From the NCBI GenBank assembly GCA_963514005.1, contig OY740802.1:29264001-29328000 (forward strand): DNA of 64,000 nt. Direction: 5' to 3'. This document shows positions 21,601 to 33,600 of the stretch, in pieces. Below the pieces are notes generated by a model that worked only from the letters and a program-made list of their open reading frames with translations, was not told where the DNA came from and did no database searches. Positions within the stretch are counted from its first letter, which is position 1. Each line of letters begins with the position of its first letter. Both the position numbers and the translations under genes were made by a program. The DNA comes from Raja brachyura. Lineage: Eukaryota.

Positions 21601-24600
21601 AGGGACCTGAAATGTGCTATATAAAAACAAAACCTCTCCCTCCTTCTGAAATACATCGTTTTAAGCATTTTCCTATAAATGTTTACTTTAATCAGTTTCA
21701 TTTTTTGAATGGATAGTCACAAAGTGCTGGAGTAATTCAGCAGGTCAGACTGAGCCTGAAACGTCTCTCATCCCTTTTCTCCAGTGATGCTGCCCGTTCC
21801 GCTGAGTTACTCCAGCATTTTGTGTCTATCTTTGGTATAAAGCAGCATCTGCAGTTCCTTTCTACATTATTCATTTTTTGAATGTTGGCCATACTCAAGA
21901 ATACACCTATTGTTTTATACTTGGTGGGTGGTAGATCTGGTGTGTGTCATCTACATCTGCTGTAAGCAGATACAGCTACATCACTTCAATGCTCCAACCT
22001 GTGAAAGCCTAACCCTAGCCAGAGGATGAAGGAGCTTTATTGAAGAACTCGTTAATAATACCACTGCCACTTTTTGCCATTACTGGTTAATTCATTTGAT
22101 TTTATGCTACATGTGTTTTGCACCTGTTAGTTTATGGTTCCACTGAGCTCGGGTATAAATTACTATATTTCATCCTCTTTATAGCTGCCATTTTTTAAAA
22201 AACAATGACAATGCATTAGTCCTGTTGCCTGGAGGATATTTTCAGCTGCATATTTGTCTGACCAGTCACTGCAACATCTGAAAACCATTAACTTGTATAA
22301 TCATAATCTTAACATCCCAGATTTAATGCAACCCTGTCCCTGATTGCCTTGTTGTTAGTCTGATGGAATTCAAATACCAATTAGAATCTTTTTCCCAAGA
22401 TGAACAAATACATTTCTCGAGGGCATGGCTTTAAGGTGAGAGGGGCAACGTTTAAAGGAGATGTGCTCAGTGGGTTTTATTTACACAGAGGGTGGTGAGT
22501 GTTTGGCAAATGCCTGTCAAAATCTTGGACCTCCTTTCCTGACACCACCTTCAAGTGCTGGAGGATCTCAGCAGGTCAGGCAGCACCCGTGGACTGAAGA
22601 ACCCTGCCTTCATCTGAAGAAGTGTCCCGATCCGGAATGTCGTCTTTCAATTTCCTTTCACAGATACTGCCTGACCTGCTGAGTCCCTCCAGCACTTTGT
22701 TTTTTTTGCTGAAGATTCCCTCGTGTCTTCAGCTACATTAGATGAATTGGTCTAGGACAACTATTGTCTAAAGAACCTAGTCTGAAGAAGGGTTTCGGCC
22801 CGATCTCCTTCGCTCCATAGATGCTGCCACACCCGCTGAATTTCTCCAGCAATCTTGTCTACCAACTATTGATGAACAGTTTGGTCCAGCAATGCCCTTA
22901 ATAGTAGTTTAGTTTAGCGATACAGCACAGAAACTGAGTCCCCGCCGACCAGCGATCATCCCGTACACTAGCACTATCCTACACACAAAGGACAATTTAC
23001 AATAGGCAATTAACCTACAAACCTGTATGTCTTTGGAGTGTGGGAGGAAACTGGAGCACCCGGGGAAAACCCATGCGGTCACTGGGAGAACATACAAATT
23101 CTGTATGGACAGCACCCGTAGTCAGGATGGAACCCGGGTCTCTGGTGCTGTAAGGCAGCAACTCCTCTGCTGTGTCTCTGTCCTGCCGTAAATATGGAGC
23201 TCCCTGCCCGACACCAGCTTGTAATGTAATGAGGCCTGAAAATAATTTCAGAACAAACCTTTGATGCCCCGATATCTAGGAGGATGAAATATATCGCACA
23301 TAGAACAGTACTGCACAAGAACAGGCCCTTCGTCGCACAATATCTGTGCCAAACATGATGCCAGGACCCTCTCCTTTCTATCTGCACACAACTGATAGAG
23401 ATATCCCTCTGTTCCCTGCCTATCCAGCCGTTTCTTAAATGCCACTATCCTATCACCCCTGGCGACATGTACCAGACACTCACCACTCTCTGAGTAAATT
23501 ATAAAACAACCCCTCCCCACACATTGAATTGAATTGAATTGAATGCCTTTATTGTCATTCAGACCTTTCGGTCTGAACGAAATTTCGTGCCTGCAGTCAT
23601 ACATATATAAAAATAACAATACCATTCAATAAACACAAAATTAACATCCACCACAGTGAGTTCACCAAACACCTCCTCACTGTGGTGGAAGACAAAAGTC
23701 TTAGGGTCTCTGTCTTTCTCCCCTCCTTATTCTCCCTCTGCGCTGAGGAGATCCAGGCCGCTGACGCCGGAACACCGCCACAGGGCCCGCCGCCGGAACG
23801 TCGCTGGAGCACCGCAGCTCCCGAAAACCAGGCCGCCGCTGGAGCACCGCAGCTCCCGAAACCCAGGCCGCCGCTGGAGCACCGCAGCTCCCGAAAGCCA
23901 GGCCGCCGCTGGAGCACCGCAGCTCAGAGGGAGCCAGGCTGCCGCTGGAGCACCGCAGCTCAGAGGGAGCCAGGCCGCCGCTGGAGCACTGCAGCTCCCG
24001 AAACCCAGGTCGCCGCTGGAGCACCGCAGCTCCCGAAAACCAGGTCGCCGCCGGAAGCCAGGTCGCCGCTGAAGCTCTGAAGGCCGTGCCGCCGCCGCTG
24101 GAAGCTGGAAGGCCGTCACCAGGGCCTAAGCACAGACGGAGACGGTGTCGGGGGACACGACAGGAAAAGTCGCATCCCCCCGAAGGGAGAGACTAAAACC
24201 CCGTTTCTCCCACCCTCCCCCCCCCCACACACACACATACACAACCCAACAAACCAAAAATAAACACCAAAAACAGGGACGAGGACAAAAATAAAATAAA
24301 AGACAGACGGACTGCAGGTGAGCCGCAGCTGCCAAGCAGCGCCGCCACTTCCGGAAATCTCCTTTAAACTTTGCCCCTTTCACCTTAAAACTATCCCCTC
24401 TAGTATCAGTCTGAAGAAGGGTCCTGACTTGAAATATCACCTATTCATGTTTGCCAGTGATGCTGGCTGACCCGCTGAGTTACTCCAGCACTTGGTGTCC
24501 TTTTTTTTTTGTTGTAGACTGGCATCTGCAGTTCCTTGTTTCTACCCTCCAGTAGACTTCGAGTGATAGTCATACAGCGTGAAAACAAGATCAACATTTA

Positions 24601-27600
24601 CTACACGTCCCACCTGCCTGTGTTTGATCTACAATCCTCTAAACCTGTCCTATCCATGTACCTGTCACAATTTCTCTGAAGCTTTACAATGATACCTGTC
24701 TCAGCTACCCCCACCTCCATAAACCCACCACCCTTTATGTAAAAAAAAAAGTGTTACCCCCTCAGGTCCCTATCAAATTGTTCCCCCCTTGCCTTACATA
24801 AACCTATGTCCTTTGGTTCTCGATTCCCCTACTCTGGACTTGATTTTAAAATAAATAAAAGGACAATGTGTGTATGAAGGAACTGCAGATGCTGGTTTAT
24901 ACCGAAGATAGACGCAAAATACTGGACTAACTCAGCGGGTCGGGCAGCATCTCTGGAGAGAAGGAACAGGTGACGTTTTGGGTCGAGCCCTTTCTTTGAA
25001 CAATGTTGTTGGACACAAGAACCTGGACTCTGACGCGGGTGTCTTGAAGTTTGAGTTGCAATTCTGATGTGGCTTTGATCTTTTGTAGAACTCGGCCTGT
25101 GGAAGCTCCCGGATTTCTATGAGCAGAACATTCACAGGATGCAGTTGCCCTTCAACAACAAGCTGCTGGCTAGCACCTTGACGGTGGAGGAGAAGATGGA
25201 ACGGCGGCAACAGCAGATTCGCAGGCTGCAGGAGCTCAACGCTCGGCGCAGGGAGGAGAAGCTTCAGCTCGACCAGGAAAGGCTAGAAAGACTGCTCAGC
25301 ATCCAGGTACAGGATTGGGGCGACACCAATGAAACTTTATCCATCGTGTTCATTAATGGTGGCGTATCTGTAGAGTTGCTGCCTTACAGCACCAGAAACC
25401 CGGGTTTGATCCCAACAATGGGTGCTGTCTGCACAAAGTTTGTACGTTCTCCCCATATGGGTTTTCTCCAGATGCCCCAAATATCTCCCATACTCAAAAG
25501 ACGTGTAGGTTAATTGGCCTGGTAAAGTTGTCCTTAGTGTGTGAAGGATAGTGTTAAGGGCCTGTCCCGCTGTAAGAGCTAATTCAGGAGCTCTCCCAAG
25601 TTAAAAAAAAAAAATCAAACTCGGGGTAAGCACGTAGAATGTACGGAGCGGGTACGTCGGAGCTCGGGGCGTCTCTTAACGGCTCGTAACGCTAACGTCA
25701 GGTACTCGGGGAAACGCGGTAAGCTTGGGAAGTCTCGTGAAGATTTTTCAACATGTTGAAAAATGTCCACGAGAGCCCCGAATACCTGCGAGCGGCTATT
25801 ACCGTAATTCTCCGAGTTCGAATCAGGGGAAACTCGGTAGAACTCTTGAATTAGCTCGTACAGTGGGACAGCCCCATTTGTTTGGCTGATTGGCGCGTAC
25901 TCGGCAGGCGTATCTCTAACGTTGTTATCCCGCGCTGTATCTCTAAACTAAACTCTCCATTCTCATCCATATCATGCATGTGATGCTCCACAAGATGGGG
26001 AAACAAGCACAAGAGTCTATCTTGTGGGAATGTGTTCAGGTTTTCATGCCCTCAGCACATGGATGTTCCAAAGCATTTCAGAGTCAACTCCACACTCTAT
26101 AAAGAGAGTGGATGTGGCAGGCAATTTACGCATGGCAAAGATCGACACTGAATGCTTGAATTGTCTGATACACTGAGTATCAGCGTATCAGGCAACATCC
26201 AATAATACATTAATACAATACAGTACAATATTTTATTCCATATCATTTGAACCTCAGTGAGGCTCAAACGAAACTCTCTTTCCACAGTCATACAAACAAA
26301 GACAATTCTTACAAAACATACAAACAATTCAATTCACACAAACATCCATCGCAGTGAATGTCCTCCTCACTGTGATGGAAGGCAAAGTCTTTTCTCTCCC
26401 CTGCACCATTTCTCTCCCGATGTTGAAACCCCAGGCGGGCGATGATAAGTCCCACGGCCATTTAAGGCCGCGCCGGGCGATGTAGGACCCCGCACCAGGC
26501 CCAAAAGTCACAAAGTTGGAGCCCCCGGCGGGCGCTGGAATGTCCCGCGGCCGTTAAAGCCGCGCCGGGCGAAGTATGGCCCAGCTCCGGGTCGTTCCAA
26601 CCCCGCGACATGGGCTGGAGAAGTTGCGTTGCGTTGCGGGAGCTCCGATAAGCGGTCTACCACCCGGACACATGAGCTCCCGATTATCCGTCCTCCAGTC
26701 TGCAGCTGGAGCCTCCGAGCCCCGGATTCGGGCCGCAGCAGCGAGCCCCCACCGCTCCCCACGCTCCGAGGCCGGCCAGCCCCACGACGGTGAGTCCGCA
26801 GCTCCGCGACTGGTGCCCCTGGGTCGTTCTGGTTGGAGGCCGCTCCATGGTGCTAGGCCCCAACGACAATGGACACCTGACAGGGAAAAGGTCGGGTCTC
26901 CCGTACAGGGAAGAGATTTTTAAAAGTTCCCCCCCCCCAGGCCCTCCACATATACACAGTTAAAAGTATTAAAAAACACGAGCAACTACATTTAACTAGA
27001 CAAAAAATTTAAAAAAGACAGGCAGGCTATAGGAGCCACTGCATCATGAGTTCGGCTGCTGCTGGATGTTCTCCAGGGATAGTCACCTATCCCTGGAGAA
27101 CATGGATAGGTGACTTTTCGGGCTGGGACCCTTCCTCAGACTGATTAGCGTAGGGCGGGATAGAGTGGATATGGACAGCCTGTTTCCACTAGTGGGAGTC
27201 TAGGACCAGAGGGCACAGACTCAGAATAAAAGGACGTACCTTCAACCTCAGCCTCAGGATTAGTATAGACAGGTGTATGATGGTTGCTGCAAGCTCAGTC
27301 GTCTGAGGAGCCTGTTTCCGTGCTATGTGTCTCTACAACTTAATGTGTTGATGGTTTTGGTTGTCGCCCTCAGAAAAATTCCTCAACACCTGACTGACAG
27401 AACCTTATGTTTGGGTCTCCTACGAAAGATACTCTGTCGACAATATCGCATTCCCAGCAATATTGCCACGGGTACCATGTAATCCCATGCTACCTGCTCC
27501 ATGGTCGGATAGTCTGCGACTAAACTGTCTCCCCCACCTGGTTTGCCAGGTGAGGACGGGGCTATGGACCCCCAGCAGGACCAAAAACAAGACCTGTCAA

Positions 27601-30600
27601 AGGGCGGATAAATCTCTTGGAGAGCCAATGGCCATCCACACTTCAATAGAAGTTGCGATCACTGTCGTACATAGCATTGTGCCCGTTGATGTTTTCGATG
27701 ATGATGATGATGATGATTCAAAGAGATGGGCCAGGGGAGCTTCGAACCAACAACCTTCTGGCTTCAGCGCGACAGGTCCAACATTGACCTTGGTTCCAGA
27801 GCCCTTCCGAATTATTGGTTTTGCCAGACCAACAGAGGTCACAGCCTTGGAGCCTGTAAAGCCGTCAGCTATAGGAATGGATCGGCCGTCTCCTGCCGGG
27901 CGGGAGATTCAGAGCTCCGGCAATACTGGGGCCCACTGATCAGTGCGCAAGTCGTGATGAGGTTGAGATTGGCTGCCTCGCCAGGCCTAGGTGCCATATT
28001 TTTGGAAGGGGTTCCGGGAGGGGGTTTGTGGTGGGGGGGGGGGGGGGGGGGGACAACCAACAGTCGTCAAAACTTTGATTGTGGACCTGTACCAGCTGAA
28101 TCAAGCTGATCACTCTTGAAACTTTGCATTTTTTCCTGCAAGTCAGGTTTCTATTTCACACAAAGAAAATGGATATCATTGGATAGACCAGTAACCTAAA
28201 CACCCTTTTTAAAAAAAAAATGGAACCTTTGTTTTAAAAATTGCCATAGTCACACAACATTAGTCGCCATCACGATGATCTTCAGTACAAGGGACGTAGT
28301 TACTTCCAAATATACATCTTTCCAACAAGTTGACAGTACGTAGAAGCCATGGTCTCTTTTGACTTTAGAGATACAGCGAGGAAACAGGCCCTTCGGCCCA
28401 CTGGGTCCGTGCCGACCAACGATCCTCATACACTAGCACTATCCTAAACACTAGGGCAATTTTAACCAAAGCCAAATTTTACAATTTTAAACACGTATGC
28501 ATTTGAAATGTGGGAGGAAACTGATATCCGTAGAAAATCCACGTGGTCACAGGGAGAGCGTGCAAACTCTGTACAGACAGCACCCGTAATCAGGATCGAA
28601 CCCGGGTCTTTGGCGCTGTAAGGGAGCCGTTGGCTCTTTTAATTTTTTTTTCAAGTAATTAAATCTGAGGGTTCAAAGGTGCTTCTTTGTTATTGAAATA
28701 TCTAGGTGCTGCAACATCTGTTGCCCGAGATTAGAGGCTGGAGGTAATCACTGAATTATTTAGCTTTTTTGTCTTGCCTGATGATGGCTGACTAATTAGA
28801 TAGGCTCTTTCAGGGAGCTTGCACAGGCTGATGAGACAGTGGCCGCCTGCTGTAGGAAACTGTGACCCTCTTCATTTCTGTTTCTCTTTAATGACCATTT
28901 TTTTGCATCAACCCCATTGACGTTCACTGTCCCCCCCCAGGCGCATTCAGGCATTAATGAATACATGTGTCTCTGCCTCTCTCTCTGTGTACAGGAAGAA
29001 GCACGCTATTTTCCTGAAGGCAAATGTATTGTGGGAAGATATCTTTCCATCCTAATCACGCAACTACTTCAAAACCCTTGAACAAGTACATGCATAGGGG
29101 GCTGTACGGTGGTGCAGTGGCAGAGTTGCTGCCTTACATCGCCAGAGACCCGGTTTCGATCCTGACCAAGGGTGCTATCTGTGCGGGGTTTGTACACTCT
29201 CCCTGTGGCTGCGTGGGTTTTCTCCGGGTGCTCCGGATTCCTCCCACACTCCAAAGATGTACAGGTTTGTAGGTGAATTTGCATGGTAAAATTATAAATA
29301 TTCCCTAGTGTGTGGAATAGTATTAGTGTGTGGAGATCGCTGGCTGGCTCGGACTCTGTGGGCCGAAGGGCCTGTTTCTGTGCTGTATCTTTAAACTAAA
29401 CTAATCTAAACACAGATATTTGAAGTATGTAGATAGACAATTAGATGCACAGCACTTAACCGTTCCATCCTCTTTTATTATGCACCTTGTGGATAAAGTA
29501 GTTAATGCCATCTTGCATTGCATTGCTATTGAAAGGGGGCCAGCCAATATCATAGCCTGCTAATGAAGTTTGCTTAATTTCCACCTTGGTAGAAAAAAAA
29601 TGAATGCCATTACAGCGGGTGAATGTTTTCAATGATACTAGTGTCATCATAGAGCATTCTTGGTTATAATTTTAAGCACAAAATATTGTGGTGCAAAATT
29701 AATCGGGATACTATAAATATACCATCATGGCTCTAGATTATAATTTCTATTTTCATTATTCTTAAAAGAACTCTGGATTGCATCGTCAAAGTTAAATTCA
29801 CCTGTAGAAAGAAGGAACTGCAGATGTTGGTTTACAGAAAAAAGGACAAAGTGCTGGAGTGACTCAGCGGGTCAGATGGTATCTCTGAAGAACGTGGACA
29901 GGTGATGTTTCGGGTCAGGAGCCTTCTTCGGACTGAATCACTGAAGAAGGGTTTTGCCCCGAAATGTCACCTATTCCTTTCCTCCAGAGATGGTGCCTGA
30001 CCTGCTGAGTTACTCTGGCTTTTTGTGTCTATCTTTAAACTAGCATCTGCAGTTCCTTCATACTCTAAATTCATGTGTTATGACCGATGTTTAGCTGCAG
30101 TACTTGATATTTACCACTTGAAGGCATAGTGGTTCAATGCAAATAAAATGCTTTGTACCTCTGAAGCACTTGGGAGAAAATGGCCACATTTAACAAGGAA
30201 AAGTCAGTAGTTCCTTACAGGTCAAACACATCTCTCCAAGTGAGTGCCAGAAAATCTGTGCATGTGTAAAGTCAAGTCACATTTATTTATATAGCACATT
30301 TAAAAAACAACTCTCGTTGACCAAAGTGCTTTACATTTGTTATAAGAGTAGTATACACAAGCAGACTACATACATATATACAAATAACCCTCGCTCAGAG
30401 GACGTCAGGAAAGGCTTGGGAGAACAGATACGTTTTTAGATTAGACTTAAAGGGGGCAGTTCTAATGGGGAGAGGGATGCTGTTCCACAGTCTAGGAGCT
30501 GCGACCGCAAAGGAGCGGTCGCCCCCGAGCTTATGCCTAGATTGCGGGACATTCAGCAACCCCAAGTCGGCCGATCTGAGGGACCTGGAGGTGGTGTAAT

Positions 30601-33600
30601 GGGTGAGAAGACTTTTAATGTAGGTGGGTGCATTGTAGACAAAGAGGAGAGTCTTGAAATTAATTCGGAACTACACAGGGAGCCAGTGGAGAGAGGCCAG
30701 GATCGGAGTGATATGGTCCCTTTTTCGGATGCCCGTCAGGAGTCTCGCTGCGGTCATCAAACTGAGGAATTGTTTTAATTTAGCTATCATCCGAAGCTGA
30801 AAAAAGCTAGCTTTTACCACAGCATTGACTTGTCAAACTTCAGTGCTGAGTCAAATATCACACCAAGGTTTGTGACGTGAGGTTTGAGTAGTGGGGTAAG
30901 GCTTCCAAGGCTGCCTGCTATCATTTCAATTGAGTCCGAGGGGCCGAGAAGGATGACCTCAGACTTACTCTCGTTTAGTTGGAGGAAGTTCTGGGCCATC
31001 CAGCACTTTATATCCTCGAGGCAGCGGGTAAGGTTAAGCAGATTTGATTGTTTTTTGGGCTTCAGGGGGAGGTACAGTTGTGTATCGTCTGTGTAGTAAT
31101 GGAAGGAAATGCCGTGCCTTTCAATGACTTGGCCTAAGGGGAGCATATACAGGGAGAAGAGAATGGGGCCTAGGATGGAACCTTGTGGAACCCCGCAGCA
31201 GAGGCTAGCTGGGGAGGAGAAAGAGTTGCCTATGTTAGTAGAGAAACTCCTACCTCAGGGCAGTGCCATCAATACCAACCCCGTACCGGAGATGGTGTGG
31301 TCGACCGTATCAAATGCTGCGCTGAGGTCAAGAAGGAGCAGGATTGCACAGTCGCCGGAGTCAACGGTGAGCAGTAAGTCATTATGTACCTTCAACAAGG
31401 CAGACTCTGTGCTGTGGTGAGTCCTGAAACCTGATTGGAAAGTTTCCAAGATAGTATTTTGGTGAATGTAAGGCATAAGTTGACTTAAGATTACCTTTTC
31501 AAAGGCTTTTGAGAGGAAAGGCAATTTAGAAATGGGTCTGTAGTTGCTTGGCAAGGTGGGGTCGAGGTTAGGTTTTTTCAGGGGTGGCTGGACCACAGCA
31601 TGCTTGAAGCAGGTAGGTACAGTGCCAGTGGCCAGAGAAATGTTGAAGATGGCGTGGATACTGGGTCCGGCTGTTATGATGACGTCCTTTAGGAGGACAG
31701 AGGGGACCGTGTCGAGGGGGCAGGTCGTAGGTTTCATGGTGGTGATCAGTTTTACAAGGGAGGGCAGAGTAACAGTGGTGGCACAGTACCGCAACAATAG
31801 ATTTGCTGCCTTACAGCGCCGGAGACCCAGGTACGATCCTGGGGATGGGTGCTGTCTGTATGGAGTTTATATGTTCTCCCTGTGACCACATGGGTTTTCG
31901 TCGGTTAATTGAATTTGGTAAAATGGTCCCTAGTGTGTAGGATAGTGCTGGTGTATGGAGTGATCGCTGGGTCGGTGCGGACTCGGTGAGCAGAAGTGAT
32001 GTATCTCTAAAGTCTAAAGTGTGTGCACGTGGAAGACCTGGCCCTCCTGACAACTGTTAACGTTATTTTCCAAATTAGTGGAGCATTAAATTGCAGTAAT
32101 TCCCTATCCTTTACAAAGGAGAATTTGCTTCAACTACATGCAACAGTTCACACTGACGGCACCCAAGGTCAGGATCGAACCTGGGTCTCTGGCGCTGTGA
32201 GGCAGCAGCTCTACTGCAGCGCCACTGCGCTGCCCTACTGAGTGTCATACTCAGTAGAGTTTGCACCTATCTTTAAACAGAACACCCTCCCCACTTGTGG
32301 CTTCCTGGGGTGATATCCCTTCCCTTGTTTGAGGAATGTCCCCACCCGACGCTGCCCCTCAGTGTGCAGCTGCAGAAGGACCCTAGACTGTGGCCCTCCC
32401 CAGCAGAGCCTTGGCGTTGGCTGCACCGAGCTTCAGTGTGTCCCTCAGCACATACTCCTACAATGTGGACCGGGCCAGTTGGCAACATTCCCTGACAGGC
32501 ATCTCGCTCTGCTTGTAGGACACGTGTTCATGGCGGATGCTATAAGCAAACACGCAATGGTCCAGAATATTGTGCTGAGGGATGCATTGAAGCTGAAGGG
32601 CAGCATCTGCGAGGACTGCACTGGGAAGGACAACGTTAAAGGGACTGTCCCACCAGCATGCAACTCTAGGCGATGAACGCGATCGAACTAGAAGCGGGGG
32701 CCGCGCGGAGGTCGGGTGATCCCCTGTACAGGGCCGTTCCCACCAGCATGCGCCTGCATGCGGCAAGCGCAACCAAACCGGCAGCAGGAGCTGGGTGGAT
32801 GTTGGGTGAGTGGCGCAACGCGGCGCAAAATGAGGCGAACTTGGAGCAAGTCCAAGGTAAGTTCGCCAGGACTTAGAGGGGCACACAGAGAGGGGCACCG
32901 AGGCACACACACACACACAGGGCCACGGAGCCACACACATAGAGGGTCACGGAGGCACTTACAAATAGGTTCACGGAGGCACGATGTCCGGGCGGTGTGT
33001 AAATGTCGAGGCGACTGCGAGCCGACAAGCCGTTGCCGTGCGGAATTTTTGGACATAGTCGGTTTTTCGGAGCCCCGCGCGGTGTCGGGACGAACTCCGC
33101 ACAATTCCGCACGGCTCCGACGATCGAAGTGGGACCGGCCCTGCGACGCCGGACGGCTCAAGCGACCACGTTAGGTCGCGCTAATCGCATAGAGTTGTAT
33201 GCTGGTGGGACAGGCCCTTAAGGCCTGCCTGCCATTACACACATTTGGTTGAAGTCTGCATTAAAACCCCCATGAACTATTTACTTTAGGGTTTTAAATG
33301 AACAACTGCTTCACATTAGCATGTCATCAGTGAGAGGAATAACAGGGCTTGCTTTGCAAATGTTGACCTGAACATTTTATGAATAAAATATATTTTATCA
33401 ACATCGTTAAAGCAGACCATCTGGTATCAACTGAGTTGTGATGGCAGATTGCAGCATATAAATTATCTGCCGTGTTTTCCACCACGTTTGCTTTTCAAAG
33501 AGTACTTGATTGTCGTAAACCTCTTTAGGACTTCCTGAGGCGATGAAAGACGATAATAAATGGAAAGTTTTAGTTGTGTTTCGGAAATTAATACCATTCA

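Noticed and set aside
23802-24050. CRISPR-like array of ~36-bp hairpin repeats
   Set aside because: Units are contiguous with no unique spacers, no cas genes, eukaryotic intron; it is a minisatellite.
27385-27445. Second HDV-like or hammerhead fold (GACAGA-ACC...GGT...TCTGTC; CTGACTGA...GAAA)
   Set aside because: No P1 partner or valid stem II could be found by eye.
27728-27800. tRNA-like sequence on the minus strand (CTGAAG...GGTTCGAAG)
   Set aside because: No convincing D-arm, A box or cloverleaf pairing.
25970-29000. Intronic box C/D snoRNA candidates (TGATGA/CTGA motifs)
   Set aside because: No properly spaced C and D boxes with terminal stem or rRNA complementarity seen.
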